A stretch of DNA of 12,600 nt from Oligoflexales bacterium (GCA_045105515.1 JBGCDR010000342.1:1-12600), one strand, 5' to 3'; positions 1-8,134 are shown, numbered from the stretch's first letter. The notes: generated by a model not told the origin, from the sequence alone. Numbers and translations are program-made.

Positions 1-21
1 GTTGATATTTTTTAGTTTCAT
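1..21 (-). CDS. Possible 5' end of a gene running off the left edge (MKLKNIN...), product unknown
   Basis: Reverse complement of 1-21 is ATG AAA CTA AAA AAT ATC AAC. An AGGA SD-like motif (33-36) lies 11 nt upstream. Only 7 codons are visible. Confidence 0.3.
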
Positions 22-601
22 GCCCACAGATTTCCTGAATTCATATGTAAATTCAGCATAATACCTAATCTGTGCGAAAATTGATTTTTAATATGTCTTC
101 GGCTTGTATGACGAGTTTTTAGAGTTCAGTCAGTGCTCCTATTTGTATGGCTTACTATGTTCACAAGAACTCTTTCTAGTTCCTGTCTGCGCGGAATTGA
201 GTAAAAAAAATTTACTTGCAATTAAAGCTAATTCCCATCCGAATTAAATCGTGTTTATCAACGAATCAATGGAATCTCCATTGGGATTAGGTTCAAGCGT
301 GCATTGAATAAATTTATGGTTATTTAGTCAATAGAAAGATTGAATTTGAATGTTTCGCTGCTCAAACAAAGATTCTTAGTTTTTATACTAGACAAATAGA
401 TGGCTTAACCTATCTGTACTTGGGTTTTTACCCGTAAATATGGAAGCTTAATGTTTGTTGATTAACTGTCTAATATTACATGATATTGTGGGGTTTAAGA
501 AATTTTGAACAATATTTAAGCAGTTCTGATTAAAAAGAGTGAATGTTCATCACTTTGATCCGACAAGTAGTTTAGTATTTACAAAAATTGTATATCAAGC
601 C

Positions 602-682
602 GGAGAAAGGTGAAAAAAATCTCTCTCCACAGCTAAAAAACATCTCAGACTCTCCCCTTGTCCATAATATTGGGGGGAGAGT
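602..682 (-). terminator. Two stem-loops downstream of the SRPBCC gene, candidate terminator region
   Basis: Perfect 9-bp inverted repeat ACTCTCCCC (649-657)/GGGGAGAGT (674-682) starts 9 nt after the minus-strand stop at 692; a T6 run (635-640) follows on the minus strand after 8 nt. A second stem of about 8 bp with one G-U pair spans 602-628. Confidence 0.45.
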
Positions 683-691
683 TTCTTCCTT

Positions 692-1144
692 TTATGCTGA
701 AACTTTGCGCTCTTTTTCGACTTTTTGTTTGAGAGCCTCATTCATTTTATTGAGTATTGGTGGAACTCCATCCTCCATATGGCTTCCCATCATTGCAGCC
801 ATAATGCCACTGAAAAGTTCTTTGTGGATGACTCGGGTTCCTGAATCTGTCTTTTCTAAATCTATATGCTTGTCATTAGTAAATATAATGCCTGCCATCA
901 TGGTTGCACGCCAATGTAAGCTTTTTGGCTCGTCAAACTTTGTAATTACTGGACTATACTTGGGCCCATCTTTGCCTTCTTCCTTGCTGCACATGGTAAT
1001 TACCACTTTTGAACCCAATGCAGCTGTTCCTTGTGATTTATTGATGACTGGGCTCCAATTTTGCCAGTCATCTATGTTTGAAAGAACTTTCCAAACATCT
1101 TCTGGTGGAGCTGATATTTCTATTTCGGTTTGTACTTTTTTCAT
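692..1144 (-). CDS. SRPBCC (START-like, polyketide cyclase/dehydrase-2) family protein, 150 aa
   Basis: Typical N-terminus 'TEIEISAPPEDVWKVLSNIDDWQNWSP', then 'ITKFDEPKSLHW', 'SGTRVIHKELFSG' and C-terminal helix 'MNEALKQKVE'. Start moved from 1189 to ATG 1144 because AGGAG lies 6 nt upstream. Confidence 0.88.
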   Translation of the reverse strand: MKKVQTEIEISAPPEDVWKVLSNIDDWQNWSPVINKSQGTAALGSKVVITMCSKEEGKDGPKYSPVITKFDEPKSLHWRATMMAGIIFTNDKHIDLEKTDSGTRVIHKELFSGIMAAMMGSHMEDGVPPILNKMNEALKQKVEKERKVSA

Positions 1145-1592
1145 TAATTTCTCCTGTTTGAAAACACTAGCATTATAACACGCACTCAAAACCCTAGAAA
1201 TTTAAACTGGGATTAGTTGTGAAACTTACTCACTGATTGAATAAACGTTTTAGCTCTGCTTTATAAGGGGACTATCCTTATTCATGAGCGTGGAATTTTC
1301 AACTGTTCGCTTTATTTGACCCCTGCCCATTTTGTTCAGGAAGAATTACTACAACTCCAAATATTGAAAAAATGACAAAAAACGATATAATTGCAAACAA
1401 TAAAAATATATTTGAAAATCATTTTACACCATAGAATTGGAAACGAATTTGGGTGCGTTTAAATGATTTAGCAAAAATTTTTGAAATTTCGGCGTTACTG
1501 CGTGGAAAAAATCTTCTTAATGGTTTGATATATTTGTATTATTCAATACACTTCAGATATTATTGAAAATTAATCTGTAACGAGGAGGATTT

Positions 1593-3134
1593 ATGAATAT
1601 ACCAATTCAGCCTCAAAGTTCTATCAAACTTTCAACAGCTTTTGCTCCTGTTTTAGTCTTAATTAGCCTGCTAATTTTTAATGCTCTTGTTTTTAAAGAT
1701 GGTGCCACTCTTGGTCCTAATCAACTTGCGCTTTTATTTACTGGAATTTTCACCTTGGCGATTGGAACACTTTTTTTAAAAATTCCGTACAGGGTATTCG
1801 AGGAAGAAATTATAAAATCCATAGGATATGCGGTGCCAGCTTTTATCATTCTATTGATGGTAGGATCTTTAATTAGTTTATGGATTGCAAGCGGAGTAGT
1901 TCCTTCCATGATTTTCTACGGCCTCAAACTCATTAACCCAAACTTATTTTTACCTACCAGTTGCTTGTTATGTGCTCTTGTTGCCTTAGCCACGGGTAGT
2001 AGCTGGTCAACAACGGGTACAGTAGGCATTTCTTTAATTGGAATAGGTATTACTCTTGGAATCAGTGAAGGGATGACCGCAGGCGCGGTAATATCGGGAG
2101 CATATTTTGGAGATAAGATGTCGCCTCTTTCTGACACTACCAACATGGCGCCAGCTATGGCTGGAACTGATATCTTTACCCATATTAAGCACATGACTTA
2201 TACAAGCATTCCTGCAATTTTACTTTCGTTGCTTGGATTTAGTATTTTAGGGCTATCTACAGGTGCATCTCAGACCTCTCAAAGTCAAATCGATCTGGTG
2301 GCATATACTATCACTGAGAACTTCAATATCGGACTACACTTATTTATAATTCCTGCAATTGTGATTCTGTTGATTACACAAAAGGTTCCAGCTTTTCCCG
2401 CTCTCACTGTTGGAGTTTTATTAAGCGCTATAGCTGTTCCTTTTTTTCAGCCAGAGCTTTTAAATAAGGTACTTGCAAATAAACCTCATGATTTTGCCTC
2501 AAAATATCAGTATTTGGTAAGCATTGCATATAAGGGTTTTGTCATTAACAGTGGCCATGAAATGGTTGATACTTTGTTTTCACGAGGAGGGATGGCAGGT
2601 ATGCTTAACACCATTTGGCTCATCATGTGTGCGATGATTTTTGGAGGATGTCTAGACGCCGCTGGGATCTTGGAAAAAATTGCAAATAGCATTTTAAAAA
2701 TGGTCAGTGGTGCAGGTTCTTTAGTTGGAGCGACGGTAGGAAGCTGCTTAACTCTCAATATGACCGCTTCTGATCAGTATCTGGCAATAGTAGTTCCAGG
2801 TCGCATGTTTAAAGAAGCCTATGAAAAATATGGCTTACACCCTAAGAACCTTTCTCGATCCCTTGAAGATGCAGGCACTGTCACTTCGGTACTAGTTCCA
2901 TGGAACTCAGGAGGTGCTTATAACAGCTCAGTTTTAGGGGTGCCCACTTTAACCTATTTGCCCTACTGCTTTTTTAATCTGCTAAGTCCATTGATCTCGA
3001 TTTTTTTGGCTTCGATGAACCTTACTATAGAGAAATCCATAAGCATGGAAAAAGAAAGATTTGCACCATCTGCTCCTATCCTTGCCAAGCGTTATAATAA
3101 GGGCAAGCAAACTAGTATTGATTTGAGAACTTAG
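1593..3134 (+). CDS. nhaC: NhaC family Na+/H+ antiporter / Na+-coupled amino-acid or organic-acid transporter, 513 aa
   Basis: Many hydrophobic TM segments; NhaC signatures 'ATGSSWSTTGTVG', 'GAVISGAYFGDKMSPLSDTT', 'LSRSLEDAGT..LVPWN', 'YLPYCFFN'; strong SD GAGGAGG just upstream of the ATG. Confidence 0.92.
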   Translation: MNIPIQPQSSIKLSTAFAPVLVLISLLIFNALVFKDGATLGPNQLALLFTGIFTLAIGTLFLKIPYRVFEEEIIKSIGYAVPAFIILLMVGSLISLWIASGVVPSMIFYGLKLINPNLFLPTSCLLCALVALATGSSWSTTGTVGISLIGIGITLGISEGMTAGAVISGAYFGDKMSPLSDTTNMAPAMAGTDIFTHIKHMTYTSIPAILLSLLGFSILGLSTGASQTSQSQIDLVAYTITENFNIGLHLFIIPAIVILLITQKVPAFPALTVGVLLSAIAVPFFQPELLNKVLANKPHDFASKYQYLVSIAYKGFVINSGHEMVDTLFSRGGMAGMLNTIWLIMCAMIFGGCLDAAGILEKIANSILKMVSGAGSLVGATVGSCLTLNMTASDQYLAIVVPGRMFKEAYEKYGLHPKNLSRSLEDAGTVTSVLVPWNSGGAYNSSVLGVPTLTYLPYCFFNLLSPLISIFLASMNLTIEKSISMEKERFAPSAPILAKRYNKGKQTSIDLRT

Positions 3135-3311
3135 CCAAACTCTGCTGCACAAAATAACACCCGAAGATTTATCTCTAGAAATGATCGCATATATTTTTTT
3201 CAGGACAAAAGCTATTTCATATCTTATCTTATTCTTAACTATAAATTTTCTTAACTAGAAACACTAGTTTGAATCAAGCACAAAGCAAGGTTGATGACTT
3301 GGGGAGGGTCT

Positions 3312-4601
3312 ATGAATGTTGTTGATAAAATAAATACTCCGGGTTCAAGCCTCACTTTGAAAATTGTCTGTGCTTTGGTTGCAGGCTTGGTAAGTGGAAT
3401 ATTTCTCAAAGCTATCCCAAGAAACGTATTTATTGATCAATATCTACTAAATGGCATTTTTTTGATTACTGGCAAGATGTTTGTTGCTTCGCTTAAAATG
3501 TTGGTAGTCCCGTTGGTTTTTATTTCTTTGGTTTGCGGTGTTTGTGGTTTAGAAGATGTCAAGAGCTTGGGAAAACTGGGAGGGAAAACACTCCTATTGT
3601 ACCTATTTACAACTTCAATAGCTATAAGTATTGCGCTTTTAGTAGCTTTTTTTATAGGACCAGGAGATGGATTTAATTTGCCAATAGACTTAAAATTTAC
3701 GCCACAAGATCCACCAAAACTTTCAGAAATCATAATTAGTCTTGTCCCTTCGAATCCTATAAAATCAGCAGCTGATGGGAAAATGTTACAGATCATTGTT
3801 TTTGCAATTTTGATTGGAATTGGTATTTCGACTTTAGAAAAAGAGGGTGAGCGTATGGCTCAGTTTTTTCGAGATGCCAATAAAGTTGTCATGCAACTCG
3901 TAAATATTCTGATGTTTTTTGCACCATTTGGTGTTTATGCTCTTGTAACAAGGGTATTTGCTAAACAGGGTCTTACGGCTATTCTTCCTCTTTCAAGTTA
4001 TTTTCTTACAGTTTTAGGAATTTTATTAGTACATTTATTTTTTAGTTATTCAATGATACTGGTGATTTTTGCTAGATTAAATCCAATTGTGGTTCTAAGA
4101 AAAATGCGACCCACAATGATGTTTGCTTTTAGCACTGCAAGCTCCAATGCAAGTATTCCAATTACTATGAAAACAGTATGTGAAAAATTGGGGGTTCCTC
4201 GATCAATAGCGTCATTTACTGTTCCTTTGGGAGCGACTATTAATATGGATGGCACGGCAATTATGCAAGGGGTAGCAACTGTTTTCATTGCTGGTGCATA
4301 CGGGATTGAAATAGGGGTATCGGAATTCTTTATGGTAATACTTACTGCAACTTTGGCATCTATTGGAACTGCAGGAGTTCCTGGAGTAGGGCTTATAACA
4401 CTCGCAATGGTTTTGAAGCAAGCCGGCTTACCCGTAGAAGGAATCGGCCTAATAATGGGGGTTGACCGTTTACTTGACATGGCAAGAACTGCAGTCAATG
4501 TATTTGGTGATGCAGCAGTTTCATGTGTTGTTGCTAAAACTGAAAATCGATTAAACCTTGAAATATATTCTGATGGTCAGGTGCAGTCTTCATCTGCATA
4601 A
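3312..4601 (+). CDS. Dicarboxylate/amino acid:cation symporter (DAACS/SDF family, GltP/GltT/GltPh-like), 429 aa
   Basis: HP1 'AFSTASSNAS', TM7 'PLGATINMDGTA', HP2 'ASIGTAGVPG', TM8 'GVDRLLDMARTAVNVFGD'. Start placed at ATG 3312 after GGGGAGGG (3301-3308) instead of TTG 3291. Confidence 0.93.
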   Translation: MNVVDKINTPGSSLTLKIVCALVAGLVSGIFLKAIPRNVFIDQYLLNGIFLITGKMFVASLKMLVVPLVFISLVCGVCGLEDVKSLGKLGGKTLLLYLFTTSIAISIALLVAFFIGPGDGFNLPIDLKFTPQDPPKLSEIIISLVPSNPIKSAADGKMLQIIVFAILIGIGISTLEKEGERMAQFFRDANKVVMQLVNILMFFAPFGVYALVTRVFAKQGLTAILPLSSYFLTVLGILLVHLFFSYSMILVIFARLNPIVVLRKMRPTMMFAFSTASSNASIPITMKTVCEKLGVPRSIASFTVPLGATINMDGTAIMQGVATVFIAGAYGIEIGVSEFFMVILTATLASIGTAGVPGVGLITLAMVLKQAGLPVEGIGLIMGVDRLLDMARTAVNVFGDAAVSCVVAKTENRLNLEIYSDGQVQSSSA

Positions 4602-4647
4602 TTCAATGCTATTAGGTCTAGCAAATAAAGCGATCATAAAATATGGT

Positions 4648-5457
4648 TTATTTGCGAACAAATTTCATATAAAAGCTAAACCCTTCACTTGGTTTATCAG
4701 ATATTAATGCTCCTTTAAAGGTTTCGATCCGGTGAATAAGTCCTGTTCTTAGTGATAAAGGTAGAGGTGTAACAGCTTTAGATTGTATACATCGGTATCC
4801 ATGTTTATCAAAAATCTTACTTAATTGATCGGGTGTATATTCTAGTTTATGATCTGGATGTATATAACGATTTGGATCCAATAGCTTGGTTATCAAGCGA
4901 TTAGGAGTGTCGAGACAAAATACCCCATTTTCATTTAAAAGATCTCTACTAAATTCAAGGATATTTTCTAGTTGTCTAGGACTTATATGCTCCACCGTTT
5001 GCCCCATCCAAATCATGTCGAATCGTAATTTCCCCACCAATTTTTCTAGCTTATGCATGGGATGATAGCTATAGGAAACCTTACAATTACCATGTATATG
5101 ATCTTTTGCCTCGGGTATTTGGCTTGGTTCATAAATACGTTCTGTCATGGGTAAGTCAACGATGTGAATCCTATCCAGATGATGTGGATACCCCATTGCC
5201 AGCAGTGCCCCACATTTTTGCTCAGCTGCTGCTCCGCCTAAATCTAATACACTTTTAGCTGGAGGTAAATGATGACGGATCAGTTGCACCCGGGCATGAT
5301 GATGCCTTTCAATCAATGAACTGCCATAGAGCTTCATTTCCCAGTTTGGTGGTAGAGGGAGAAAGCTCAATGCAAGAGAAGATGATTTCTGCAAATTAGT
5401 TGGAATATTTTGGTATGCAAGGGAAGCTGGCAATAGGTTTTGGTCTTGAAAAAACAC
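4648..5457 (-). CDS. Class I SAM-dependent methyltransferase (start uncertain)
   Basis: Motif I 'SVLDLGG', acidic end of beta2 'IHIVD', 'RFDMIWMGQTVEHI' (motif II/post-II), 'LLNENGVFCLDTPN' (motif III), 'HPDHKLEY'. The GTG start lacks a clear SD; the alternative ATG is at 5337 (MKLYG). Confidence 0.8.
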   Translation of the reverse strand: MFFQDQNLLPASLAYQNIPTNLQKSSSLALSFLPLPPNWEMKLYGSSLIERHHHARVQLIRHHLPPAKSVLDLGGAAAEQKCGALLAMGYPHHLDRIHIVDLPMTERIYEPSQIPEAKDHIHGNCKVSYSYHPMHKLEKLVGKLRFDMIWMGQTVEHISPRQLENILEFSRDLLNENGVFCLDTPNRLITKLLDPNRYIHPDHKLEYTPDQLSKIFDKHGYRCIQSKAVTPLPLSLRTGLIHRIETFKGALISDKPSEGFSFYMKFVRK

Positions 5458-5835
5458 TTCGCTTAGCTTCTGTAGTTTTTCTTGGATGCCTACATACCCC
5501 TTAGTTGAATGTAGGCCTTAATGATATTAATACACTGGCGCTGGAGAGCAAAAAGATATTTGAACACCTTGTTCATGACATAGATCCTTTGTCGCACTAC
5601 GAATTATCTTAATTCGTCTACAGTTTACAATAAAAACAAAGTCTTGCCATCTATATTCTTAGGCACCTATCAATACGAATTTTTGTTGGCTTGGATTCAT
5701 TTTGATGACATTATAAATAAAATGGAATTATTTAAGTATCTGAATATATATATTAAATATAGACTATTTTAATATTCATAAGTATAGAAAGTGTATCTTT
5801 ACTTCCAAGTGACCGATCCTTGCTTAGAACTATTC

Positions 5836-6918
5836 ATGGGTGAAATTGGGCGTATGCATAAGAACGAAAAAAGCACTGTTTTAATAGTAGATGATGAGAA
5901 AGAAATCTTGGAAATGGTTGAAATGATGTTAATTGACGAACATCAGTGCTTCCAATCTGATTCAGTAGAAGATGCTTTAAAGATAATTGCAAAAAATAAG
6001 ATTGATGTCGTCTTGACTGATTTAAATATGCCAAATAAAGGCGGTGCAGACCTCCTTAAGGTGATCAAAAAGGATCATAGCGACATTCCAGTGATTGTGA
6101 TGACTGGATTTGCATCTAAAGAATCTGCCATGAAGATTGCTAATTTAGGTGCTCATGAAATTGTGGAAAAGCCTCTTAATCCTGGTTCTCTTAAACTCTC
6201 AATAAAACGCGCACTGTTAGTTCGTAAAACCATAGAGGATCAATATAATCTGATGGTTGCAAGGTTTTGTCATGAAATTTCAACCCCCATCACGGGTATA
6301 TTAATGCTTGCCCAACTTTTATCCTCCAAGCTTAATACTCTGCAAGCAAAAAATATGGTAGAGGAAAAGCAGGTCCATCAAAGTAATAGAATCCTCGTTT
6401 TAGGTAAGCGAGTGCGTGACATGATCAGAATGTCCAAACAAGCACTAGTAAATCAAGACTCTAGTAATGATGATCAAAACAACCTTTTTGACATTGTTTC
6501 TGAATCAATCATGATTTGCGATTATGCTGGCTTATTAGAAAAAGTTAAAATTGACCATGATAAAATTGGCCGCAATATATCAATAAATGGCTCGGTAATA
6601 AAGATTTCTCAGGTGTTTATTAATCTATTCAAAAATGCCATTCAGGCAAATAAGGAAAACGAAAACAGCTGGATTAAGGTTTCAACAGAAATTGATGGAC
6701 CCTATGTAAATATTTCCGTCACCGATTCTGGGACAGGCATTCCGCGGGATATTGCGACAAAAATATTTGCAGAGACCTTTACCACAAAGTCTTTTGATGA
6801 TGGAACTGGTTTGGGACTAAATATTTGTCGTACTATTGTGGAGAACCATGGAGGCGTGCTCATGTTAGACAATAATGCAACAAACACGACTTTTGTGGTC
6901 AAGCTCCTACTTTCATGA
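5836..6918 (+). CDS. Cytoplasmic hybrid response regulator/histidine kinase (REC-HisKA-HATPase_c)
   Basis: REC: 'VLIVDDE', phospho-Asp in 'VLTDLNMP', 'VMTG', 'VEKP'. H-box 'FCHEISTPITGI', N-box 'QVFINLFKNAIQA', G1 'DSGTGIP', F 'IFAETFTTK', G2 'GTGLGLNI'. No TM segments. Start ambiguous (GTG 5791, ATG 5836 or ATG 5854). Confidence 0.92.
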   Translation: MGEIGRMHKNEKSTVLIVDDEKEILEMVEMMLIDEHQCFQSDSVEDALKIIAKNKIDVVLTDLNMPNKGGADLLKVIKKDHSDIPVIVMTGFASKESAMKIANLGAHEIVEKPLNPGSLKLSIKRALLVRKTIEDQYNLMVARFCHEISTPITGILMLAQLLSSKLNTLQAKNMVEEKQVHQSNRILVLGKRVRDMIRMSKQALVNQDSSNDDQNNLFDIVSESIMICDYAGLLEKVKIDHDKIGRNISINGSVIKISQVFINLFKNAIQANKENENSWIKVSTEIDGPYVNISVTDSGTGIPRDIATKIFAETFTTKSFDDGTGLGLNICRTIVENHGGVLMLDNNATNTTFVVKLLLS

Positions 6919-7599
6919 CCACTCAATGACTGCAGTGTGAATTAAATTCTCTATCTTAAAAAATCCTGTTCCTGTTTTGCCAGCTGGATAATGAGGCCCT
7001 AAACCTTTAGTGAGCTGGTACTGAAAAGTTTGTTGGTTCCAATTGATTTGACTTACCAAGGCATCATGAAAACCAAAAAATACTCCAGTAAGAGGATAGA
7101 TGCATTTGAAAATAGATTCTTTGGCTGAAAAGATAAGGGAATAGTAGATCTCGGGATCGTTTTTTTCTTGTCCTGCATTGAGTTCTTGGCGTAGAAATAA
7201 ACGAGATTTGATGCTCTCTAAACGCTTTGCTGTAATTGGTACTTCTGTGTCTATGCCTATCCCTTGAGCAACAGACTTTGAAGCTATTGCTGCCGCGGCG
7301 AAATTTTGGGAGTGAGTGATACTGCCAGTAAAATTTTCAGGCCACACAGGGCTCCTATCAGTTTCCGAAAGAATTTGAAAATCGCGAATATGGTTTGTTT
7401 CTAAAGCAGCTCGAGCACAAAGCCTCCCAGCTATGAATTCACATTTACGTTTTAGGCATGAGTTAGTGAAGGAAGTGGGAGTTTCAATATTTGCCTGGTG
7501 TCGCAAGAGGAAGCTATCGTCGTCAGCATATTTTATAGCGCTAAAGCTTATGGATTCTAGGGCTGATGCTAGGGGGTGCTTGAGTTTATTAAAGTTCAT
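6913..7599 (-). CDS. 4'-phosphopantetheinyl transferase, Sfp superfamily, EntD-like, 228 aa
   Basis: 'KRKCEFIAGRLCARAAL', 'DRSPVWPENFTGSITHS', 'GIGIDTE', 'IFSAKESIFKCIYP', 'FFGFHDA'. Start set at ATG 7599 (GGAG 8 nt upstream), which overlaps the end of folK by 11 nt. Confidence 0.9.
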   Translation of the reverse strand: MNFNKLKHPLASALESISFSAIKYADDDSFLLRHQANIETPTSFTNSCLKRKCEFIAGRLCARAALETNHIRDFQILSETDRSPVWPENFTGSITHSQNFAAAAIASKSVAQGIGIDTEVPITAKRLESIKSRLFLRQELNAGQEKNDPEIYYSLIFSAKESIFKCIYPLTGVFFGFHDALVSQINWNQQTFQYQLTKGLGPHYPAGKTGTGFFKIENLIHTAVIEWS

Positions 7600-8110
7600 G
7601 AACTGGTCTCCGATGCCCTGCCCGTAAAGCATGCAACGGTATGCATAAGTCTTTTTCAATAAGATTCAGCAAAAAGTCCCTCGACCAAAAACCTTGATGG
7701 GGGATCAATAGGTCGTCATCAATATTGGAGTACGATAAAGGGCTACAGGAGACAAAATCCCTATGGTCATTATTCGCCCAGAAAAGGATGTCAATGTCTA
7801 ACTGTCTAGGAAGCCATTTATCAGCACGTGAGTGACCAATTTTATCTTCAATGGAGACTATCATACGGTATAATTGCGCCGGACTTAGGCATGAAGACAC
7901 TTCTAGGACAAAATTTAGATAATCTTGGTGATCTGTGGTATCGTACTCAGGCGACGTTAGTGGTTCAGTTGAAATCCATCGGGAACATCTGATGTTGCGC
8001 ACATGCTGCGATAGTAGCTCCAAACCAAACTGACAATTTTCTTGCCGGTTCCCTAAATTAGAACCGAAAGACAACAGGTAACGATGATTAGCTTGTTTGA
8101 CTAGGACCAT
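7589..8110 (-). CDS. folK: 2-amino-4-hydroxy-6-hydroxymethyldihydropteridine diphosphokinase (HPPK), divergent
   Basis: 'YLLSFGSNLGNR', 'STEP', 'QDYLNFV', 'E..IG..R...W.PRQLDIDIL' (Mg-binding DxD), 'LLIPH', 'RDF'. Start either ATG 8110 or GTG 8122. Confidence 0.88.
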   Translation of the reverse strand: MVLVKQANHRYLLSFGSNLGNRQENCQFGLELLSQHVRNIRCSRWISTEPLTSPEYDTTDHQDYLNFVLEVSSCLSPAQLYRMIVSIEDKIGHSRADKWLPRQLDIDILFWANNDHRDFVSCSPLSYSNIDDDLLIPHQGFWSRDFLLNLIEKDLCIPLHALRAGHRRPVHEL

Positions 8111-8134
8111 TTTTATAACCACAAAAATTGCTCA

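Noticed and set aside
223..246. Sigma-28-like promoter TAAAG...CCGAAT (similar CCGA words at 560 and 5813)
   Set aside because: Spacing is about 4 nt shorter than TAAA-N15-GCCGATAA, and no plus-strand gene follows the first two sites.
600..690. Glycine riboswitch suggested by GGAGA and CTCAG-like words
   Set aside because: The motifs are not in the required order and context (no GAAGG...CUCUCAGG); better explained as hairpins downstream of a gene.
588..1178. 196-aa plus-strand ORF
   Set aside because: Antisense shadow of the SRPBCC gene; TTG start, no recognisable motifs.
1190..1592. Lysine, SAM or T-box riboswitch in the nhaC leader (known for some NhaC-family genes)
   Set aside because: No conserved core motifs (e.g. 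lysine AGAGGUGC, SAM-I AUCNAGAG, T-box GGUGGNACC) found; the region is very AT-rich. An Rfam scan would be decisive.
1721..4498. Minus-strand ORFs inside nhaC and the DAACS gene (1721-1909, 1916-2194, 2507-2758, 3437-3796, 4046-4498, 4212-4421)
   Set aside because: All lie fully antisense to well-supported membrane-protein genes and show no independent motifs.
4602..4647. Bidirectional terminator between the DAACS and methyltransferase genes
   Set aside because: Only a weak 5-bp stem (TGCTA/TAGCA) without a convincing U-tract.
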